Part shown: positions 1 through 6,544 of the stretch, piece after piece
Numbering within the stretch: position 1 is the stretch's first letter
How the letters are laid out: each line of letters opens with the position of its first letter
NCBI GenBank assembly: GCA_016182055.1
Contig: JACOYD010000003.1
Location: 1-32,768 of the forward strand
Direction of reading: 5' to 3'
Origin: Candidatus Microgenomates bacterium
Lineage (GTDB): Bacteria > Patescibacteriota > Microgenomatia > Levybacterales > JACOYD01
DNA length: 32,768 nucleotides
Translations under genes and position numbers: made by a program
Notes under the pieces: model-generated
Databases searched by the model: none
What the model was told of the DNA's origin: nothing
What the model saw: the letters and a program-made list of their open reading frames with translations, nothing else

Positions 1-1113
1 TTGTACTCTTACGGGCATGATTATGTGGAGATAGGAATTGTCACCGGGGATTTTGAAAACGCCCGGGTTTAATGGTCCGGTCATTTCAAAACTAATTTCT
101 TTTGTGTCCACATTAGCTAGAAAATCAAGCAAAAACCTGCTGTTGAAGGCTATCTCGTTTTCCTCTCCTTTAAGATTCCCCTCAATTTCACAGCGGTTTT
201 CTCCCACTTGCGGGGCGTTGGCAGAAAGCGTGATGCCTTTCCGGGAGAGAGTTAGCTTGATAATATTTGCCCCTTCTCTGGCAAAAACACTGGATAGCCT
301 GACAGCAGAAAGAAACTCGTCTTTATCAAAAATTGCCTGGGTGCTATTGCTTTGGGGGATTATTTTTTCAAAGGCCGGGTATTCTCCTTCAATAAGACGG
401 GTGAAAAACTTTATCCCGGGAAGAGAAAAAATCGCCTGGTTTTTTGCTCCTCCTATTGACAAAATGCCTTCTGTTTCCCCGTTCTGTTTTTCTCTCTCTT
501 TGGCTATTTTGGCGATTTCCCCCAGTATTCTGGCGGGGATGATTAAATTCTGCAGTTCTTGGGTTTTTGTTTTTTCCGCAATCTTCTTAAGCGACAGTCT
601 GTAACCATCGGTAGCAACAATTAGCATGCCCTCTTCGGTAAAGCGGATTAAGATGCCGGTTAAAACAGCCCGCGACTCATCGCTGGAAGAGGCAAAAACT
701 ACTGTTTTTATGTTTCTTAAAATACTGTCTATGGCGACTTTTTGCTCTCCTTTTTCTTCCTGCGGTTCGGGAAATTCCGACGGGGAAATACCGTTTATTT
801 TAGCTTTATGTTTACTGCTTCTAATTTCAGCTGAAAGACCTTCTGTTTCTATAACTACTTGTTCTTTTGGTAAAGCCGCCACCACTTCTGTTAACGTTTT
901 TGTTGGTAAAAGAATTCCCCCTTCTTTTTCCACCTTTCCTTCTATTGTTATTCGTGTAGTGTTTTCTAAATCTGTGGCTGTTATTTCAATTTCTCCATTT
1001 TTTGTTTTTATAAGCGCGTTGGTGGTAATAGGTAGTTGGGTTTTAAGATTCGCCGTTCTGTTTATAAGAGAGAGCGCTTTTTCTAAATTTTCCTGTAGTA
1101 AAATTAATTTCAT
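1..1113 (-). CDS. dnaN: DNA polymerase III beta sliding clamp. About 371 codons are present and the stop codon lies just beyond the window start.
   Basis: Reverse-strand translation from ATG (complement of 1111-1113) reads MKLILLQENLEKALSLINRTANLKTQLPITTNALIKTKNGEIEITATDLE...RAVLTGILIRFTEEGMLIVATDGYRLS...GDNSYLHIIMPVRVQ. It lies directly downstream of dnaA. It is absent from the ORF track because no stop codon falls inside the window. Confidence 0.9.
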   Translation of the reverse strand, partial: MKLILLQENLEKALSLINRTANLKTQLPITTNALIKTKNGEIEITATDLENTTRITIEGKVEKEGGILLPTKTLTEVVAALPKEQVVIETEGLSAEIRSSKHKAKINGISPSEFPEPQEEKGEQKVAIDSILRNIKTVVFASSSDESRAVLTGILIRFTEEGMLIVATDGYRLSLKKIAEKTKTQELQNLIIPARILGEIAKIAKEREKQNGETEGILSIGGAKNQAIFSLPGIKFFTRLIEGEYPAFEKIIPQSNSTQAIFDKDEFLSAVRLSSVFAREGANIIKLTLSRKGITLSANAPQVGENRCEIEGNLKGEENEIAFNSRFLLDFLANVDTKEISFEMTGPLNPGVFKIPGDNSYLHIIMPVRVQ

Positions 1114-1290
1114 AATATTTATTTAATAATAATAGTGTTAGTAGTAGTATTGTGTATAAGTTGAAAAGAAAATAACTTGTTAAAAACGGCAGAAAAGGAA
1201 GAGAAAAACAAAGGAAAGAAAATTGTGAACAAACCGTTGATAAAAAACCACGAAAAATGTTGATTGTTGATAAAAGATAAGTTATCCATA
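1114..1290. promoter_or_regulatory. AT-rich dnaA-dnaN spacer with DnaA-box-like 9-mers; candidate oriC segment.
   Basis: TGTGTATAA at 1151-1159 (reverse complement TTATACACA fits TTATNCACA). TGTGAACAA at 1224-1232 (2 mismatches). TTATCCATA at 1282-1290 (1 mismatch). The flanks are A-rich. Confidence 0.35.
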
Positions 1291-2652
1291 AATAAGTTTT
1301 TTTATCCCCAAGATATCCCCACGCAGTTTCTCATCCGCCGGTACCAAAGAGGATATTTTTCCCACAGCATGCATTACCGTGGTGTGGTCTCTTCCCCCAA
1401 TTAAATCACCCACCTCTGTTAGAGAAGTACCAAGCTCTATGCGAAGGAGATACATGAGAATCTGCCGCGGCAAGACAATACTTTGATCTCTCTTTTTCCC
1501 TTTTACCTGTGTTGATTTTACCCCAAAATAAGAGCAGACAGCCTCCATAAAAGCGTCTTTAGCTGGCGGTTTTGACAAACTACTGTTTGCCTCCTTGTTC
1601 TGTCCATGATATCTTTTCCCCAAAAGCCTCACGATTAACTCCTCGGAAAGTTGGGAATTTTTCATTGCCAACTCGCTTAAAATACGCGTCAACATTCCCT
1701 CCAGACCGCGGGTATCATCAATACTGGCGGCTATTAGTTTAGCAAGCGGCAGGGGAAAATCAATACCCCTGTCTTTGGCTTTAATCAAAAAAATAGCGGT
1801 GCGCAGCTCAAAATCAGGGGGAGCAATGTCTACCAGCAGTCCCCCTTCCAGACGGGATTTAAGCCGCGCTTCCAGCTTGAGAATTTCGGCAGGCGGCTTA
1901 TCGCTGGTTAAGACAATCTGGCCGCCCGCTTTTAATACGGCATTGAAGGTATGAAAAAACTCTTCCTGCACGGCGTCTTTACCGGCGATAAACTGCACGT
2001 CGTCTATACAGAGAAGCTCTGCTTTTCTAAATTTATGGCGAAAGGAAGGAGTAGATTTAGTGCGAATTGCCTCAATAATTTCGTTGGTAAATTCTTCTCC
2101 TGCGCATAAAACCAAACGGGCGGAACCCCTCGTTTCCATAATTTTATTTGCCGCCGCCTGCATTAAATGGGTTTTCCCTACGCCCACTCCGCCGTAAATA
2201 AAAAGCGGGTTATAGGAATTTCCCGGGTTTTTAGCTACGTGCGATGCGGCCGCAAAGGCCAGCTGGTTGGTGGTGGAAACGGCGAATTTTTCAAAAGTGT
2301 AGTCGGGAAAAAGTCCATGCCTTTTGGCAAAAGAAGAAATATTATCAGCAATTTGAAAAAGAGGTCCGGCATCAGCCAGTGATTTTTGTCCGTTGGTCTT
2401 TTTAAGACTTGCATCAACAGTAAAAATAACACTGACGTTTTGGCCGGTATGTTTATCAAGAACGGTTTTAATCAGGGCATAGTAACGGGTTTCAATAAGC
2501 TGGGCAATTACCGCAGTCATGCAGGCGATAGTTACCACCCCGCCGGAAATATCGGACAGACGAGTGTGTTTAAATAGAGTACTAAATACTGCCGAGGATA
2601 CTTCCAGCTGAAGTTCGGCCAGTACTTTTTTCCAAAAAGTTTGGTCAGTCAT
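1282..2652 (-). CDS. dnaA: Chromosomal replication initiator DnaA.
   Basis: Walker A GGVGVGKTHLM, a box VII/sensor region, and C-terminal DNA-binding helices (GGRDHTTVMHA). The ORF track extends to 2724. I prefer the ATG at 2650-2652 (MTDQTFWKKVLAELQ, a canonical DnaA N-terminus) because a perfect DnaA box lies inside the longer extension. Confidence 0.93.
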   Translation of the reverse strand: MTDQTFWKKVLAELQLEVSSAVFSTLFKHTRLSDISGGVVTIACMTAVIAQLIETRYYALIKTVLDKHTGQNVSVIFTVDASLKKTNGQKSLADAGPLFQIADNISSFAKRHGLFPDYTFEKFAVSTTNQLAFAAASHVAKNPGNSYNPLFIYGGVGVGKTHLMQAAANKIMETRGSARLVLCAGEEFTNEIIEAIRTKSTPSFRHKFRKAELLCIDDVQFIAGKDAVQEEFFHTFNAVLKAGGQIVLTSDKPPAEILKLEARLKSRLEGGLLVDIAPPDFELRTAIFLIKAKDRGIDFPLPLAKLIAASIDDTRGLEGMLTRILSELAMKNSQLSEELIVRLLGKRYHGQNKEANSSLSKPPAKDAFMEAVCSYFGVKSTQVKGKKRDQSIVLPRQILMYLLRIELGTSLTEVGDLIGGRDHTTVMHAVGKISSLVPADEKLRGDILGIKKLIYG

Positions 2653-2689
2653 ATATGTTTTAAAATTTAGCCGAGTAATCTTAAGAGAG

Positions 2690-2698
2690 TTATCCACA
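2690..2698 (+). promoter_or_regulatory. Perfect consensus DnaA box TTATCCACA between dnaA and rpmH.
   Basis: Exact 9-mer read at 2690-2698, 38 nt upstream of the preferred dnaA start on the opposite strand. Confidence 0.6.
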
Positions 2699-2739
2699 AT
2701 TGTCAAGATGACAAACTGTAGCAAATGCGGTCTTGTTTG

Positions 2740-2748
2740 TGATATACT
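2740..2748 (+). promoter_or_regulatory. Extended -10 (TGaTATACT) upstream of rpmH.
   Basis: TG at 2740-2741 and TATACT at 2743-2748. The rpmH ATG begins at 2755, with 6 nt between. There is no Shine-Dalgarno sequence and the -35 is poor. Confidence 0.4.
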
Positions 2749-2754
2749 TAAAAA

Positions 2755-2889
2755 ATGGAGCGTTTAACAAAACCAAATCCTCTCAAAAGAAAAAGAAGGC
2801 ATGGGTTTTTAACCAGAAAAAAAACTCGTCAGGGAAGAGCGGTTCTTAAGAGAAGAAGACAAAAAGGGCGAAAAAGAGTGAATGTGTAA
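2755..2889 (+). CDS. rpmH: 50S ribosomal protein L34.
   Basis: The 44-aa product MERLTKPNPLKRKRRHGFLTRKKTRQGRAVLKRRRQKGRKRVNV was translated by hand. It is below the ORF-track size cut-off. It has the classic position upstream of rnpA and divergent from dnaA. Confidence 0.92.
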   Translation: MERLTKPNPLKRKRRHGFLTRKKTRQGRAVLKRRRQKGRKRVNV

Positions 2890-3246
2890 ATGGCGCTACC
2901 TAAGAAATTAAGTCTTACTATAAACAGAGAGGTTTTCTGGCGTTTGAAAAGAGAAGGTAAGGTTATCCAAACACCTCTTCTTTCTGCCAAATACTATTTG
3001 AGAAAAACTGGCGCAGAGAGTCGGGCCAGCGTGGTTATTGGCACGGCCATGGACAAACGGGCAACTGTCCGAAACCGCTTAAAGCGATTAATTCACCAGG
3101 CGCTAATCTTGTTCTTGCCTAAACGAACAGGAATTGATATGATTATTTATCCGAAGAAAGGGATTATAGAGGCAGACAGAGAAATGGTTAAAAGAGAAGT
3201 AGGGTTCTTGTTAAAAAAGGCCTCGGGCAACGACTTAAGTTTATGA
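2890..3246 (+). CDS. rnpA: RNase P protein component.
   Basis: RNR-type motif [16 protein letters not shown]. The rpmH-rnpA-yidD-yidC synteny is present. The start codon abuts the rpmH stop. Confidence 0.88.
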   Translation: MALPKKLSLTINREVFWRLKREGKVIQTPLLSAKYYLRKTGAESRASVVIGTAMDKRATVRNRLKRLIHQALILFLPKRTGIDMIIYPKKGIIEADREMVKREVGFLLKKASGNDLSL

Positions 3247-3455
3247 AGCATATTGCAATTTTTATTATTTCCTTTTATCAGGCCCTTTTTCCATTCAGAG
3301 GCCACTGCCGTTTTTATCCTACCTGTTCCAGTTATGCCAAAAAAGCCATAGAGCGCTACGGGGTTTTTAGAGGACTCACCATGGGAATTGTCAGAATTCT
3401 TCGCTGTAATCCTTTCTTTGGTTTTGGAGCCGACTTGGCAGGAGTGAAAAAGTAA
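3243..3455 (+). CDS. yidD: Membrane protein insertion efficiency factor YidD.
   Basis: [19 protein letters not shown]...RILRCNPF signature. ATGA overlap with rnpA. Confidence 0.9.
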   Translation: MKHIAIFIISFYQALFPFRGHCRFYPTCSSYAKKAIERYGVFRGLTMGIVRILRCNPFFGFGADLAGVKK

Positions 3456-3456
3456 C

Positions 3457-4266
3457 ATGGATATAACAGTTTTATGGAATGAAGTTTTTATCCGGCCGAT
3501 TATCAATGTTTTAATCATTTTGTATAAAGCGTTTTCCGGTATTGGTTTGCCGGGCAGTCTGGGTTTTGCCATCATCGCCCTAACCGTACTTATTCGTTTT
3601 TTGCTCTACCCCTTTACAGCGGCGCAAATGAAATCGGCTCAAAAAATGCAGCTGCTTAAACCCCACATGGATCAGATTAAAGAAAGACATAAAGGCGATG
3701 CCAGAAAACAACAGGAAGAAATGGCCAGGCTTTACAAAGAGCATGGCGTTAACCCGGCCGCCGGTTGTTTGCCCCTGCTTATCCAAATGCCTATTTTTAT
3801 AGCTCTTTATAACGTGTTGCTTAAAGTTGTTTCCAACGGTAATCCGGCGGAAATAGTCAATAATATCAATAAACTAATTTATTTTCCCGCCTTTACCCTG
3901 GATAAGCCCTGGGACCCGTATTTTTTTGGCGTAAATCTGGCGGCAACTCCTGCCAACTGGCAAAGCGCCGGGGGTTTTCTTTTGGCCATACCCGTGATTA
4001 CCGCCGCTTTGCAGTTTTTGCAGACAAAAACCATGAATATTGCCCCAGTAAAACCAAAACAGGAAATAGTTAAAAAGAATGGCCAGAAAAAAGAAGATGA
4101 TTTTTCCAGTATTATGCAAAAGCAAATGCTTTATTTTTTCCCGCTGATAATTGGATTTTTCTCCTATGGGTTCCCCGTGGGGCTCTCTTTGTATTGGAAC
4201 GTGTTTTCCGTGTTTGGTATAATACAGCAGTCTCTTATTAATAAACAAAACAAACAGCATAAATAA
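3457..4266 (+). CDS. yidC: Membrane protein insertase YidC (short Oxa1-like form).
   Basis: Multi-TM protein with the Q/K-rich loop (QMKSAQKMQLLKPHMDQIKERHKGD), GCLPLLIQMPIF and SLYW motifs. GGAG lies 12 nt upstream. Confidence 0.9.
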   Translation: MDITVLWNEVFIRPIINVLIILYKAFSGIGLPGSLGFAIIALTVLIRFLLYPFTAAQMKSAQKMQLLKPHMDQIKERHKGDARKQQEEMARLYKEHGVNPAAGCLPLLIQMPIFIALYNVLLKVVSNGNPAEIVNNINKLIYFPAFTLDKPWDPYFFGVNLAATPANWQSAGGFLLAIPVITAALQFLQTKTMNIAPVKPKQEIVKKNGQKKEDDFSSIMQKQMLYFFPLIIGFFSYGFPVGLSLYWNVFSVFGIIQQSLINKQNKQHK

Positions 4267-4267
4267 C

Positions 4268-4738
4268 ATGAACGAACTGGAAATAATTAAAAGCGAGGTA
4301 GATACTCTTCTTGAAAAACTGGCAGTTGAAGCCAGCGCACAGGTGACACAAAAAGATGAGTTTTTTCAAGTAGCTATTCAAATGGAGGGGGCAGACGCAT
4401 CTTCCACCGAAGCCGGCATTCTCATTGGCTATCATGGCGAAACTCTGTCTGCTCTTCAGCTTATTTTGTCTTTGATAATAAGCAAAAAACTGGGACGGTT
4501 TGTGCGGCTGATTGTCAATGTGGGAGACTATCGGGAGAAGCGGGAAGAAAAACTTAAGGAAATGGCGCTGGAGGCGGCTCGCAGAGCTAAAGAAACCAAG
4601 CAGGAAGTGATTTTGGGAAACTTAAGTCCCTGGCAGAGGCGGATTATTCACATAGCTCTTGCCGATGATAGCGATATCCAAACAGAGTCGCAGGGAGAAG
4701 AGCCCGATCGACAGCTTATCATCAAACCGCGCAAGTAA
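4268..4738 (+). CDS. jag: Jag/KhpB-type RNA-binding protein (KH plus R3H).
   Basis: C-terminal R3H-like SPWQRRIIHIALADDSDIQTESQGEEPDRQLIIKP. Conserved position after yidC. Confidence 0.85.
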   Translation: MNELEIIKSEVDTLLEKLAVEASAQVTQKDEFFQVAIQMEGADASSTEAGILIGYHGETLSALQLILSLIISKKLGRFVRLIVNVGDYREKREEKLKEMALEAARRAKETKQEVILGNLSPWQRRIIHIALADDSDIQTESQGEEPDRQLIIKPRK

Positions 4739-6065
4739 GTTTTGGCGGGTTCTTCTTTTTTGCACCATTTTTCTCCTGCCGCTGCAGACCGGAAAACATT
4801 TCTGGCCAGCTTTTAGTTTTGTTGAGGGAATTCGCATTGACTACCTCTCCCCCACCATTTATATAACAGACGTATTGATTGTTCTATTGTTCTTTGTTTG
4901 GCTCTCTCAATTTTTAATTTCTAATTTTCAATTTTCAATAAAAATTGTGCGCTTGCGCAGAATTTCTATGAACATACAAATTTTAAATTTTAAATTTCAA
5001 ATTATTGCATTGGTAGTATTGGCCACGCTAAGCGTGGTTGGCAGTATCTTACTCTCTCTTTCCCCCGCCGCCGGATTTTATAAACTTATTAAAATTGTCG
5101 AATTAACTTTCTTTGGTTTTATAATTGCCAAAAACATTAATACCAAAAAAGACTTTATTGTTGTTGCGTCTTTGTTTGCGGCGGGCATTATTTTTGAATC
5201 GTTTCTGGCCATCTGGCAATTTATTAATCAGTCATCAATTGGCGGGATATTTTGGTTTTTTGGCGAGAGAACATTTTCCGGACAAACAGTGGGAATTGCC
5301 AACGCCAATATCGACGGGCAGTTAATTCTTCGCCCGTATGGCACATTCCCCCACCCCAATGTATTGGCGGGATACCTGACCATTGCTCTGGCAATGGTAA
5401 TTTCCAATTTCCAATTTCCAATTTCCAATTTCAAAAAAGCGCTATTTATTGCCGTGTTAACTATTGGAACGGTTGCTTTATTTTTAACATTAAGCCGGGT
5501 GGCAATTATTGTATGGGTAGCAGTTATGGGTTTATGGTTTTTAATAAACCTCAGAAAATTTTTGTTTATTGGATTATTGGTAGTATTGGTATTTATTGGT
5601 AGTATTATTTTCTCTCCTCTTTCCTCCCGCTTCATGTCGCTGGCAACTGTTGATAAAGAATCGTTTATTCTTCGCCAGCAACTCAATAACTCGGCCATAG
5701 AAATGTTTAAACAATCTCCTGTTTGGGGAGTGGGACTTAATAATTTTTTGATGAATCTCCCCCGTTATCAAAAACCCCAAGCCGGACCGTTATGGCTACA
5801 GCCGGTACACAACATCTTTCTTCTTGTTGCAGCCGAAACAGGACTTATTGGGTTGTTGTTTTTTGCGTGGTTTATTTCGCGGACTGTAATAAAATTAAGA
5901 AAGAAGAAAGAATTTCAAATTTCAAATTTCAAATTTCAAATTTTGATAATAATTTTTGTTCTTGGTTTGTTTGATCATTATTTTTGGACATTGCAGCAGG
6001 GACAGCTTTTACTGGCTTTAGTTTTCGGTCTTTGTTGGTCAAAAAAGGTGCAGGAGACGGGATAA
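4659..6065 (+). CDS. O-antigen ligase/polymerase family (Wzy_C-like) polytopic membrane protein.
   Basis: At least 10 hydrophobic spans. Family motifs WGVGLNNF and PVHNIFLLVAAETGLIGLLFF. The start is uncertain (TTG 4659 or ATG 4665). Either choice overlaps jag by 74-80 nt. Confidence 0.8.
   Translation: MPMIAISKQSRREKSPIDSLSSNRASKFWRVLLFCTIFLLPLQTGKHFWPAFSFVEGIRIDYLSPTIYITDVLIVLLFFVWLSQFLISNFQFSIKIVRLRRISMNIQILNFKFQIIALVVLATLSVVGSILLSLSPAAGFYKLIKIVELTFFGFIIAKNINTKKDFIVVASLFAAGIIFESFLAIWQFINQSSIGGIFWFFGERTFSGQTVGIANANIDGQLILRPYGTFPHPNVLAGYLTIALAMVISNFQFPISNFKKALFIAVLTIGTVALFLTLSRVAIIVWVAVMGLWFLINLRKFLFIGLLVVLVFIGSIIFSPLSSRFMSLATVDKESFILRQQLNNSAIEMFKQSPVWGVGLNNFLMNLPRYQKPQAGPLWLQPVHNIFLLVAAETGLIGLLFFAWFISRTVIKLRKKKEFQISNFKFQILIIIFVLGLFDHYFWTLQQGQLLLALVFGLCWSKKVQETG
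4908..4942 (+). repeat. Imperfect 7-nt tandem repeat (CAATTTT/TAATTTC-type, about 5 units) inside the CDS.
   Basis: Read directly. Encodes LISNFQFSIK. Confidence 0.7.
4977..5004 (+). repeat. Imperfect 7-nt tandem repeat (YAAATTT, about 4 units) inside the CDS.
   Basis: Read directly. Encodes QILNFKFQII. Confidence 0.7.
5399..5433 (+). repeat. (AATTTCC)x4 plus AATTTCA heptanucleotide tandem repeat inside the CDS.
   Basis: Four perfect units and one variant, read directly. Encodes ISNFQFPISNFK. Confidence 0.9.
5911..5945 (+). repeat. (AATTTCA)x4 plus AATTTTG heptanucleotide tandem repeat inside the CDS.
   Basis: Four perfect units and one variant, read directly. Encodes EFQISNFKFQIL. Confidence 0.9.
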
Positions 6066-6071
6066 AACAAT

Positions 6072-6530
6072 TTGGCAAATTTTGCCGGTATTTATTTTTC
6101 CATCCACTTCGGTTGTGATATACTTTTGTTTGTGGTACTTAATGTTTTTTGTGATGGGGGAGCCAGAGGAAATCCGGGACCGGCGGCAATCGGCGTAGTT
6201 ATTAAAAACGGAGAGGGAAGCTTGCTTCACAAGTTCGGTAAAAAAATTGGCGCCACTACCAATAATGTGGCGGAGTACACTGCCGTTACCGAGGCGCTTT
6301 CCTGGATAGCTCAAAATAATAAACCTGTAAAGATCCATTTTTATCTTGATTCACAATTGGTCGTTTCCCAATTAAATGGTTTGTTTAAGGTCAAAGACGG
6401 AAAACTTAAAATGCTGGTGATGAAAGTTCGTCAGAAAGAAGCCCAGGTCGGCGGAAACGTTTCCTACGAGCATATTCCCCGGGAAAAGAATATCGAAGCA
6501 GACAGCCTTGTTAATGTGGCGTTGGGGTGA
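6072..6530 (+). CDS. rnhA: Ribonuclease HI family protein.
   Basis: CDGGARGNPGPAAIG...TNNVAEYTAVTEAL...LDSQLVVSQLNG...REKNIEADSLVNVAL carries the DEDD-type RNase H residues. The track start is TTG 6072. An in-frame GTG at 6132 (MVLNVFCDGG...) would give a more typical N-terminus. Confidence 0.8.
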   Translation: MANFAGIYFSIHFGCDILLFVVLNVFCDGGARGNPGPAAIGVVIKNGEGSLLHKFGKKIGATTNNVAEYTAVTEALSWIAQNNKPVKIHFYLDSQLVVSQLNGLFKVKDGKLKMLVMKVRQKEAQVGGNVSYEHIPREKNIEADSLVNVALG

Positions 6531-6536
6531 TAAAAT
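6528..6536 (+). promoter_or_regulatory. Extended -10 (TGaTAAAAT) upstream of the SDR-DUF4012 gene.
   Basis: TAAAAT at 6531-6536 and ATG at 6545, with 8 nt between. No Shine-Dalgarno sequence. Confidence 0.35.
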
Positions 6537-6544
6537 AATTTTTA

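Noticed and set aside
38-1126. Two plus-strand ORFs (38-604 and 626-1126) listed in the ORF track.
   Set aside because: They are antisense shadows of dnaN. Their products are low-complexity (S/F/L-rich) with no recognisable motif, whereas the minus strand gives a full-length sliding clamp.
2653-2724. Longer dnaA N-terminus (track start at 2724).
   Set aside because: The extension (MLQFVILTIVDNSLKITRLNFKTY) is not DnaA-like and contains the perfect DnaA box. The MTDQTFWKKVL start at 2652 matches the canonical N-terminus.
4908-5945. CRISPR-like interpretation of the short tandem repeats here, in valS, and at 27079-27158.
   Set aside because: The units are 7-8 nt with no spacers and lie mostly inside ORFs. 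This does not fit CRISPR geometry (repeats of 24-48 nt separated by unique spacers).
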